Assembly: GCA_965198855.1 (NCBI GenBank)
Contig: CBDAPZ010000002.1
Span: 414,613-438,612, forward strand
DNA: 24,000 nucleotides
Direction: 5' to 3'
From: Acetobacteraceae bacterium
GTDB taxonomy: Bacteria > Pseudomonadota > Alphaproteobacteria > Acetobacterales > Acetobacteraceae
How positions within the stretch are numbered: the first letter of the stretch is position 1; each line of letters begins with the position of its first letter. A model generated the notes under the pieces. That model had not been told where the DNA came from and did not search any database. It saw only the letters and a program-made list of their open reading frames with translations. The position numbers and the translations under genes are program-made. This document shows, piece by piece, positions 16,996-23,852 of this stretch.

Positions 16996-18039
16996 ATGAG
17001 TAAGTACAAACTGGAGTATATCTGGCTCGACGGGTACACCCCCGTGCCAAACCTCCGAAGCAAAACGCAGATCAAGGAATTTGCGGCATTCCCGGCCCTC
17101 GATGAACTGCCATGGTGGGGCTTCGACGGTAGCTCCACGAAACAGGCCCCCGGCGGCAGCTCCGACTGCCTTCTCAAACCGGTCGCTGTCTACCCCGACA
17201 GCACCCGCCTGAACGGCGCATTGGTGATGTGCGAAGTGATGCTGCCCGACAAAGTAACGCCGCATCCGTCCAACGGACGCGCCACCATCCTCGACGATCC
17301 CGGCGCCTGGTTCGGCTTCGAGCAGGAATATTTCCTCTACAAGGACGGCCGGCCCCTCGGCTTCCCGACCGCCGGCTTCCCCGCGCCGCAGGGCCCGTAC
17401 TACACCGGCGTCGGCTACAGCAATGTGGGCGACATCGCACGCAAGATCGTCGAAGAACATCTCGACATCTGCCTTGATGCCGGCATCAACCATGAAGGCA
17501 TCAACGCCGAAGTGGCAAAAGGCCAATGGGAATTCCAGATCTTCGGCAAGGGCTCTAAAAAAGCCGCCGACGAGATGTGGGTCGCCCGCTACATCCTGCA
17601 GCGCCTCACCGAGAAATACGGCCTGGACGTCGAATATCACTGCAAGCCGCTCGGCAATTCCGACTGGAACGGCTCTGGCATGCACGCGAACTTCTCCACC
17701 ACCTACCTGCGCGAGACAGGCGGCAAGGAGTATTTTTTAGCGCTGATGGCAGCTTTCGAGAAAAACACGAAAGAACATATCGCCGTCTACGGTCCGGACA
17801 ACCATATGCGCCTGACCGGCCACCACGAGACGCAGTCGATCGACCAATTCAGCTGGGGCATCGCCGATCGCGGCGCCTCCATCCGCGTGCCGCATAGCTT
17901 CGCCAATAACGGCTTTCGCGGCTATCTGGAAGATCGCCGCCCGAACTCGCAAGGCGACCCATACCAGATCGCCTCGCGCATCCTGGAGACCATCGCTTCG
18001 GTCCCTACGGATGCCGAGGCGAAAGTCGCTGCGGAGTAA
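16996..18039 (+). CDS. glnII: Glutamine synthetase type II (eukaryote-like GSII)
   Basis: MSKYKLEYIWLDGYTPVPNLRSKTQI...FGFEQEYFL...NAEVAKGQWEFQI...GSGMHANFS. GSII-type length and motifs. RBS gggaagg upstream of ATG 16996. Confidence 0.9.
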   Translation: MSKYKLEYIWLDGYTPVPNLRSKTQIKEFAAFPALDELPWWGFDGSSTKQAPGGSSDCLLKPVAVYPDSTRLNGALVMCEVMLPDKVTPHPSNGRATILDDPGAWFGFEQEYFLYKDGRPLGFPTAGFPAPQGPYYTGVGYSNVGDIARKIVEEHLDICLDAGINHEGINAEVAKGQWEFQIFGKGSKKAADEMWVARYILQRLTEKYGLDVEYHCKPLGNSDWNGSGMHANFSTTYLRETGGKEYFLALMAAFEKNTKEHIAVYGPDNHMRLTGHHETQSIDQFSWGIADRGASIRVPHSFANNGFRGYLEDRRPNSQGDPYQIASRILETIASVPTDAEAKVAAE

Positions 18040-18046
18040 ACAGAGA

Positions 18047-18072
18047 GGCCGGGGTTTTCCCCGGCCTTTTTT
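18047..18072 (+). terminator. Rho-independent terminator of glnII
   Basis: ggccgggg (18047-18054), loop tttt, ccccggcc (18059-18066), followed by tttttt. Confidence 0.85.
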
Positions 18073-18078
18073 ACATCA

Positions 18079-18160
18079 GGATAGAAAGATCTTCTTTTCT
18101 GAAGAAAAGAAACAAAAGACTTTTGCGTTGCTGTCGCGGCTCTATCCTTCAGCGCACGCT
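18079..18160 (+). repeat. AT-rich nested-palindrome element, copy C (long form: type-1 arm plus core)
   Basis: GGATAGAaagATCTTCTTTTCTGAAGAAAAGAAaCAAAAGACTTTT...TCTATCCttCAGCGCACGC. The 36-nt arm differs from copy F1 at 1 position. The GGATAGA/TCTATCC closing inverted repeat and the CAGCGCACGC tail are conserved. Confidence 0.85.
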
Positions 18161-18195
18161 TCCCAACACTTGGGGTTGCGTCTCGTTTTAACCAC

Positions 18196-18312
18196 GTAGA
18201 AACGAAGACACAAAGGAATTCACAAGGAAGACAGATCAGAACCTGCGCCCGTCGAAAGACCGGGCATCAACCTCTTCGTGTTTCTTTTTGTGCCTTCGTG
18301 TCTTCGTGATTA
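18196..18312. repeat. ~115-bp imperfect long inverted repeat (MITE-like or structured-RNA-like)
   Basis: acgaagacacaaagg (18202-18216) versus ccttcgtgtcttcgt (18293-18307), 14/15 complementary. Secondary pairing cacaa/ttgtg. Apical hairpin gcccg-tcgaaagac-cgggc (18247-18265). Confidence 0.6.
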
Positions 18313-18342
18313 GATCTTACCGTCTCGCCTGCGCCGCAGGAT

Positions 18343-18379
18343 CAAAAAAGGGGGAGCACAAACGGCTCCCCCTTCTTTT
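18343..18379 (-). terminator. Rho-independent terminator of the porin gene (potentially bidirectional)
   Basis: gggggagc (18350-18357) / gctccccc (18365-18372). On the minus strand the stem is followed by ttttttgat; on the plus strand by ttcttttg. Confidence 0.75.
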
Positions 18380-18424
18380 GGCGTCGGAATGATAGGTGAG
18401 CCAACCCTACATTTTGTGTTTGTC

Positions 18425-19666
18425 TTAGAAGATAACACCGGTCTCAAGCATCCCCCGCACCTGAGTCTTATCCGCTCCGTCACTCCCGAAACCATCACCA
18501 TCCGTCAGATCCTGCACCGACACGACCGAGAGATCCGCGCGTGCGAAGAACCGGTTATAGGTGAAGGTAGGTGTGACCGTGAACGAGAACGCGCCGCTGC
18601 CCGGACCGTAGAGCAGGTTGGTGCCGTCCGGATTGAACCGGCCGCCCGAGGTCTTGATGTATTCCCCGCGTCCACCGAGCGAGAACATAGGGCTGATCAC
18701 GTAGTTTGCGATCACAGCACCGCTATAGGTGTTGGCGCTCTTGAGAATGCCGAGCGAAGCGTCTCGGTCGACGTGGCTGAACTGCACGTATGGCGTGATG
18801 GTCAGCGGCGCGTTGTTGTAGGTGTAGATCAGGTTGTAGATCGAACTGTTGTTCTGCGCCGTCGGTGTCGTATCGCCCGGCACCGGGCCGGTATGGCCGA
18901 CATTGCCGCCGGCCGCGAACACCAGCGTGTTGGTCGGGTTGATCGTCCAGGTGGCCGACCCGGTCACCCAGTTATAGCGGTTCGAGTAATAGCCGTCGGT
19001 CAGCGAAACGCTGAAGGCGACGGGTCCCATCGTATAGTTCGCCTGCACGCCCCGGCTGACGGCCGGTTCCTGGTTCCAGAGAAGACCACGCTCGATATCC
19101 ACATTCTCGAAGCTGAAGGTGTATTCGGCGCCGATCAGCGTCGGCAGCTTGCCAGCCTGGATGGAGAAGGTATCGGTCGGAACGATCTTCAGGAATGCTT
19201 GCGGCACAGCACTGAAGAAATTGTTCAATGCATTCGCGGAATCGGTAAGATGGCTGTAAGGCGTGCCGAGAATGGGAAGCGAGTAGTCGCCGGCCTGCAC
19301 ATAGAACTGCACCAGGCCGTCGATCTTCTGCAGGATGATCTGGCCATTGCTGAGATCGAGCAGCCCGGTCTTGTCGCTCTCCACCCTGTTGCTCTGCACG
19401 ATGCCGAGGCCGGACAGAACGCCGTCGACATACCACTTGCCGAGCGGGCCGACATCGAGTGAATACGGCACCGCCTGGAACGCGAGCGACGGGCCCATGC
19501 CGGGCACCGGCAAGGTAACGGTTGCCGGTGCGGCAGGCGCTGGCGTGGGCGTTGCAGCAGCGGTCGCAGCCGGAATGGGTGCAGCGGGAGTCTGCGCGAA
19601 CGCAAAGCCCGAGAAGCCGACAATGGCTCCTGCGAACGCTGTGCCGGCTGCATGTTTTCTAACCAT
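18425..19666 (-). CDS. Outer-membrane beta-barrel porin (family uncertain) with a Pro/Ala/Thr-rich N-terminal linker
   Basis: Signal peptide MVRKHAAGTAFAGAIVGFSGFAFA. Alternating amphipathic Tyr/Gly-rich strands. C-terminal ...ETGVIF with a terminal Phe typical of OMPs. RBS gagga upstream of ATG 19666. Confidence 0.7.
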   Translation of the reverse strand: MVRKHAAGTAFAGAIVGFSGFAFAQTPAAPIPAATAAATPTPAPAAPATVTLPVPGMGPSLAFQAVPYSLDVGPLGKWYVDGVLSGLGIVQSNRVESDKTGLLDLSNGQIILQKIDGLVQFYVQAGDYSLPILGTPYSHLTDSANALNNFFSAVPQAFLKIVPTDTFSIQAGKLPTLIGAEYTFSFENVDIERGLLWNQEPAVSRGVQANYTMGPVAFSVSLTDGYYSNRYNWVTGSATWTINPTNTLVFAAGGNVGHTGPVPGDTTPTAQNNSSIYNLIYTYNNAPLTITPYVQFSHVDRDASLGILKSANTYSGAVIANYVISPMFSLGGRGEYIKTSGGRFNPDGTNLLYGPGSGAFSFTVTPTFTYNRFFARADLSVVSVQDLTDGDGFGSDGADKTQVRGMLETGVIF

Positions 19667-19735
19667 ATCGTTTTTCCTCAGACCAGTTTGGCAGCCCGGC
19701 TTTGCCGGCCCGCGTTTTATCGACAGGCGAATAAA

Positions 19736-19751
19736 AGCACATGCTGTGCCG
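19736..19751 (-). promoter_or_regulatory. Sigma54 (-24/-12) promoter for the porin gene
   Basis: The minus strand reads cGGCACagcatgTGCT: GG (19750-49) and GC (19738-37) with exact 12-nt spacing. Lies ~70 nt upstream of the porin ATG. Confidence 0.5.
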
Positions 19752-19957
19752 GGCGCTCGCAAATTCGTGATAATTTGGCAACATCTCGATTTGTAACGCC
19801 AGAAATGCCGTCGGAACGGTGCGAATGGCATGCGATCCATCACGGCAAGATGAACCAGACGACGTTTTTCAAGCGATAAGATGTCGCGCCCGTTATTTAG
19901 ACAGCGGATTATTGCGCGAATGCGCGCTCGTTGGGCAGAAAATGGATCGTTTTGCGG

Positions 19958-20011
19958 CAGAAAAAGAAATGTTTTTTCTGAAAAGAAGAACCAAAAGACT
20001 TTCAGGTCTTA
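19958..20011 (+). repeat. AT-rich nested-palindrome element, copy D (degenerate arm)
   Basis: cagaaaaagaaatgttttttctgaaaagaagaaCCAAAAGACTTTcaGGtcTTA. Its reverse complement cTAAGACCtgAAAGTCTTTTGG parallels cTTAGGACCAAAAGTTTTTTGG of copy A. It contains the hydrolase TAA stop (20009-20011). Confidence 0.6.
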
Positions 20012-20887
20012 GACGTGTGACTCTGCGGCTAGGAAGGTCTCTACGGCAGACATGAACTCGGCGGGGCGGTCATGGTGTACCCAGTGGCCGGCGCCTTCGA
20101 TCAGGGCCAACTTGGCGTTGCGGAAGTTGTTGATCCTACCGTCGGCCGCCGGGTTCGATGCCCAGCTCGCACTTCCATAGACGAGAAGCACAGGGCAGAT
20201 AATGCGCGCCCAGAGCTCGATGATCTCGCCGCGCGACAAATCTACCGGCGGCCAGGATCGCAGATAGGGATCGAACTTCCAGACGTACGACCCGTCGGCA
20301 TTTTGCCGCGCGCCATGCACGGTGAGGTGACGCGCCAGTTCGGCGCCGAGATGCTGATTTTGCTGGTGCATGCGTTCTACGGCGTCGTCGAGCGTCGCGT
20401 AGCCATGCTGCGTGTGCGATTCGAGCTTTCGCTGTTCCTCCATCCAGCCTTGCAGCCTGGTCTCGATCGGCGTTGCTGCAAGCTTCTGTGCGGCCGCCGG
20501 TGACGGCCCCAGCCCTTCGATACAGACGAGCCGGTGGATTTTCTCCGGATACAGTCCGGTCATCCGCAGAGCGATATTGCCGCCGAGCGAATGCCCGATC
20601 AGGGTTACACTCGAGACGCCGAGATGCCGTATCAACTCGGCCAGATCGAAAACGAAATTGATTACCGTATACCCGCCCGCATCTGCCCACCGGCTATCGC
20701 CATGTCCACGCAGATCGGGTGCGATCACATGAAATTGCGCGCTGAGTTTTCGCGCCACATCATCCCACGCGCGCGCATGGTCGCGCGCACCATGAACGAG
20801 AACCAATGGCGGCGCGTGCTCATTGCCCCAGTCTACATAGTTCAGCATCAGCCGCTGCGATCTGAATGTAGCCCTCTTCGGCTCCAT
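20009..20887 (-). CDS. Alpha/beta-fold hydrolase
   Basis: LNYVDWGNEHAPPLVLVHGARDHARAWD...APDLRGHGDS...GHSLGGNIAL (nucleophile elbow GxSxG)...GAGHWVHHD. ATG 20887 is preferred over TTG 20908. Confidence 0.8.
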   Translation of the reverse strand: MEPKRATFRSQRLMLNYVDWGNEHAPPLVLVHGARDHARAWDDVARKLSAQFHVIAPDLRGHGDSRWADAGGYTVINFVFDLAELIRHLGVSSVTLIGHSLGGNIALRMTGLYPEKIHRLVCIEGLGPSPAAAQKLAATPIETRLQGWMEEQRKLESHTQHGYATLDDAVERMHQQNQHLGAELARHLTVHGARQNADGSYVWKFDPYLRSWPPVDLSRGEIIELWARIICPVLLVYGSASWASNPAADGRINNFRNAKLALIEGAGHWVHHDRPAEFMSAVETFLAAESHV

Positions 20888-20916
20888 CACCGCGAGCCGC
20901 TCGCACAAGCGAGCAG

Positions 20917-20984
20917 GAAAGCCGTTTTTTGCTTCTTTTCTTCAAAAAAGAAGGCCTGTTCTTTCCGCCGAAAAAGAACCAGTA
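20917..20984. repeat. AT-rich nested-palindrome elements, copy E (two back-to-back arms)
   Basis: E1 (minus orientation): gccgttttttgCTTCTTTTcttcaaAAAAGAAGg (stem 20932-39 / 20946-53). E2: ctGTTCTTTccgccgaaAAAGAACcag (20956-20982). It lies between the divergent hydrolase and peptidase starts. Confidence 0.65.
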
Positions 20985-21043
20985 AACCGCAGCGTCGGTG
21001 GGCTGAGCGCATGTTACAGCCAGAATGTTTTACGCGAGGGATT

Positions 21044-23257
21044 ATGGCAAGAGTCGGATTGCTGCTGGCATCGTCGGTTTTGGCTTGGGCGTCGGTGGCG
21101 CGGGCGGAAGAGGCATGTTTCACCCTGCTCGCGAAGACGCAGAATTACGGGCTGGGCATGCCACGGCATGTGGTGCCGGAGCCTGACGGCCGGCACGTGC
21201 TGTTCCTGCGCAGCGGCCCGGAGAACACCGAGCTGCGGTTCTATGAGTTCGACTCCGCCACCGGCGCCGAGCGCGAGCTGGCCAAGCCGGCCGCACAATC
21301 CGGGCCGTTGAGCACGGAGGAGAAGGCCAGGCGGGAGCGGGCGCGGGTAACGATGTCCGGCATCGTCGATTACGCGCTGTCGGAGGACGGCAAGACGGTG
21401 CTGGCGAGCCAGGGCGATCACCTGGAGCTGGTGACCCTGCCGGATGGCAAGGCATCGGATGTCCCTGGCAAGGGCTGGATCGCCCCGCGGCTTTCGCCGG
21501 ACGGTCAACATATCGCCGTGGTGAAGGCGGGCGACCTGCACGTGGTGGAGAGTGCCACCGGCAAGGAGGCGGCGCTCACCACCGGCGCCACCGAAACGCT
21601 GACGCGGGGCCTTGCCGAGTTCGCAGCGGCCGAAGAGCTCGATCGCCCGGATGGCGTCTGGTGGTCGCCGGATTCCCAGAAGCTGCTCTATGAGGAAGCC
21701 GATAGCGCCGCGGTGGAAAAGCACTTCATCGCCGATCCCGGAAATCCGTCGCGTGCGCCGGTCGAGTTCCGCTATCCGCGCGCCGGCACCGAGAATGCAA
21801 AGGTGCGGCTGGGGCTCGTCGCGCGCACCGGCGGGCCGACCATTTGGGTCGATTGGGACAGCACGGCCTACCCGTATCTCGTGCGCGTGGTCTGGCCGAA
21901 ATCCGGCAAGCTGAGCCTGGTGGTGATGAACCGGGAGCAGACGATCGAGAAGGTATTGGCGGTGGACCCTTGGACCGGCCACACGCAGGCGCTGCTCACC
22001 GAGACGGACAAGGCGTGGGTGAACGCCAACCCGATGTATCGGCCGAGCTTCGACGGGAAGGATCTGCCGCACTGGTTGCCCGACGGCTCGGGGTTCCTCT
22101 GGGCGGCCGAACGCGACGGCTATTGGCGCCTGGAGCTGCACCATGCGGACGGATCGCTGGACCACGCGGTGTCGCCGGCGGGTAGCTTCCGTTTCGACGC
22201 GCTCGACGACGTGGATATGTCCGACACCAAGAGCGTGGTGGTGACGGCGAGCCCGGAACGCACATCGTTCGGTATCTATCGTCTGCCGCTCGCCGGCGGC
22301 GCGCCGGTGAAGATGGGTGACACGACGGGCATGCACACGGCGGTGTTTGGGCAAGGCGAGCACAGCCTGTTCGCGGACCGCATGTCGCTCGCCGACGGCA
22401 CTGCCGGCACCGCGCTGCGCAAAAACGACGGCAGCCTGGTCGCCATGGTGCCAAGCCGGGCCGCAACACCTCCTTCCATCCCGAAAGTGCAGTATCTGAC
22501 GGCAGGTTCGCAGAATTTCGATGCTTTCGTGCTGCGCCCGGCAGGTTTTCTCGCCGGCCGTAAATATCCCGTCATACTCGCTGTCTATGCGGGACCCACG
22601 CTGAAGAACGTGGTGAACGCGCCGCGCGCCTTGCTCGAGGATCAATGCCTCGCCGATCACGGTTTTATTGTCGTCACCCTCGATGGTCGCGGCACGCCCG
22701 GGCGCGACCATGATTTCGAACGCGCCGTCAAAGGCAATCTGATCGATGCCCCCCTCGCCGACCAGATCGATGGGCTAAAAGGTCTTGCTGAAAAGGTGCC
22801 GGAAATGGATCTTTCCCGTGTGGGCGTAGAAGGTTGGTCATTCGGCGGCTATTTCACCGCCATGGCGATGACACGCCATAGCGACGTGTTTGCCGCGGGC
22901 GTCGCAGGCGCGCCCGTTGTCGATTTCGAGGATTACGACACGGCCTATACCGAACGCTTTCTCGGAACGCCGCAGGCGGCGCCACAGGCCTATCACGTCA
23001 GCAATGTGCTGACATATGCATCAGGTTTGAAAAATCCACTGCTAATTTTCCATGGTTTGACCGACGACAACGTGTATTTCGAAAATACCGTGAAGCTCAC
23101 GCAGGCACTGCTCGCAGCAGGCAAATCGTATCAGCTCGTATTGCTACCGGGCACACATATGCTGACGGATCCGGTTTTGCGTGCACGCGTCAATGAGATG
23201 CGTGCGACGTTCCTGCAGGAAAAATTGGGAACACAGGAAGGGAAGAAGCAAGGATAG
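21044..23257 (+). CDS. S9-family serine peptidase (DPP-IV-like N-terminal propeller plus prolyl-oligopeptidase catalytic domain)
   Basis: Signal peptide MARVGLLLASSVLAWASVARA after RBS gaggg. Catalytic GWSFGGYFTAMA (GxSxGG), then ...HGLTDDNV...PGTHM (Asp/His). The ORF-track start at 20534 overlaps the opposite-strand hydrolase and is rejected. Confidence 0.85.
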   Translation: MARVGLLLASSVLAWASVARAEEACFTLLAKTQNYGLGMPRHVVPEPDGRHVLFLRSGPENTELRFYEFDSATGAERELAKPAAQSGPLSTEEKARRERARVTMSGIVDYALSEDGKTVLASQGDHLELVTLPDGKASDVPGKGWIAPRLSPDGQHIAVVKAGDLHVVESATGKEAALTTGATETLTRGLAEFAAAEELDRPDGVWWSPDSQKLLYEEADSAAVEKHFIADPGNPSRAPVEFRYPRAGTENAKVRLGLVARTGGPTIWVDWDSTAYPYLVRVVWPKSGKLSLVVMNREQTIEKVLAVDPWTGHTQALLTETDKAWVNANPMYRPSFDGKDLPHWLPDGSGFLWAAERDGYWRLELHHADGSLDHAVSPAGSFRFDALDDVDMSDTKSVVVTASPERTSFGIYRLPLAGGAPVKMGDTTGMHTAVFGQGEHSLFADRMSLADGTAGTALRKNDGSLVAMVPSRAATPPSIPKVQYLTAGSQNFDAFVLRPAGFLAGRKYPVILAVYAGPTLKNVVNAPRALLEDQCLADHGFIVVTLDGRGTPGRDHDFERAVKGNLIDAPLADQIDGLKGLAEKVPEMDLSRVGVEGWSFGGYFTAMAMTRHSDVFAAGVAGAPVVDFEDYDTAYTERFLGTPQAAPQAYHVSNVLTYASGLKNPLLIFHGLTDDNVYFENTVKLTQALLAAGKSYQLVLLPGTHMLTDPVLRARVNEMRATFLQEKLGTQEGKKQG

Positions 23258-23390
23258 ATCTTCTTTTCTGAAGAAAAGAAGCAAAAGACTTTTATGTCGC
23301 GTTGCGGTTCTATCCGGCAGCGCACGCCATAGAAATAAAAGTTTTTTGGTTCTTTTTTTGAAAAAAGAACTGCTTTCCTTTTTTTATCCT
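23250..23390. repeat. AT-rich nested-palindrome element, copy F (full composite: type-1 arm, core, inverted type-2 arm)
   Basis: F1: GGATAGATCTTCTTTTCTGAAGAAAAGAAGCAAAAGACTTTT (23252-23294). Core: atgtcgcgttgcggtTCTATCCggCAGCGCACGCcatag. F2: AAAAGTTTTTTGGTTCTTTTTTTgAAAAAAGAACTGCTT (23337-23377). Outer inverted AAGGATA (23250-56) / TATCCTT (23384-90). Confidence 0.85.
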
Positions 23391-23809
23391 TGCCATTGCA
23401 ACCGTGGCGCCTCAATAGCCGGACACCGATCCATCACGACAGTCACTCCAGCCTTGCGTGCCTCTGCCGCCGCAGCTTTGTTCACCACGCCAAGCTGCAT
23501 CCACAGGGTCTTGGCGCCAAGCCGTGCCGCTTCGGTGGCTACCGGGCCGACGCTCTCCGAGGCACGGAACACGTCTACTAGGTCGAGCGGGCCGGCTTCT
23601 TCCAGTGAGGCAACCACCGTCTTGCCGTGGATCGTCTGGCCGGCGAGCACCGGGTTGACCGGCACCACGTCGATTCCGCGGGCGAGCCAGAAACCCATCA
23701 CGCCGTAGGAGGCGCGCTGCGGCCTGTTGCTGGCGCCGACGAGGGCGACGCGGCGTGTGCGGGTGAGGATTGCGAGGATCTCGTCGTCGGTGAGGGCGTC
23801 GATGGGCAT
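23384..23809 (-). CDS. CoA-binding domain protein (YccU/YneT-like)
   Basis: 141 aa from ATG 23809: ILTRTRRVALVGASNRPQRASYGV...VVPVNP...VDVFR...LWMQLGV, a typical CoA_binding_2 pattern. The upstream part of the 198-aa ORF is not protein-like. Confidence 0.8.
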   Translation of the reverse strand: MPIDALTDDEILAILTRTRRVALVGASNRPQRASYGVMGFWLARGIDVVPVNPVLAGQTIHGKTVVASLEEAGPLDLVDVFRASESVGPVATEAARLGAKTLWMQLGVVNKAAAAEARKAGVTVVMDRCPAIEAPRLQWQG

Positions 23810-23852
23810 GGCGTGGCTTCCGGTGGGTGTCGGCTTAGAGTAACGGGGCGGC

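Noticed and set aside
18011-18199. Small ORFs spanning the repeat copies that encode similar peptides (FFSEEKKQKTF, SFLKKRTKKLL, FFLKRRTKRL, LFSKKEPKNF). Examples: 18011-18199, 19819-20055, 23131-23415, 20887-21123.
   Set aside because: The peptide similarity is a by-product of translating the same palindromic DNA in different frames and strands. There are no consistent starts, RBSs or frames, and the palindromic structure explains the conservation better.
20534-21043. The 907-aa version of the S9 peptidase ORF, starting at 20534.
   Set aside because: The first ~170 codons overlap the alpha/beta hydrolase on the other strand and cross repeat copy E. A signal peptide with a good RBS begins at ATG 21044.
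6789-23390. Whether the repeated palindromes could be a CRISPR array.
   Set aside because: The copies are kilobases apart, in both orientations, with heterogeneous lengths. There are no regularly spaced direct repeats or spacers, and no cas genes in the window.
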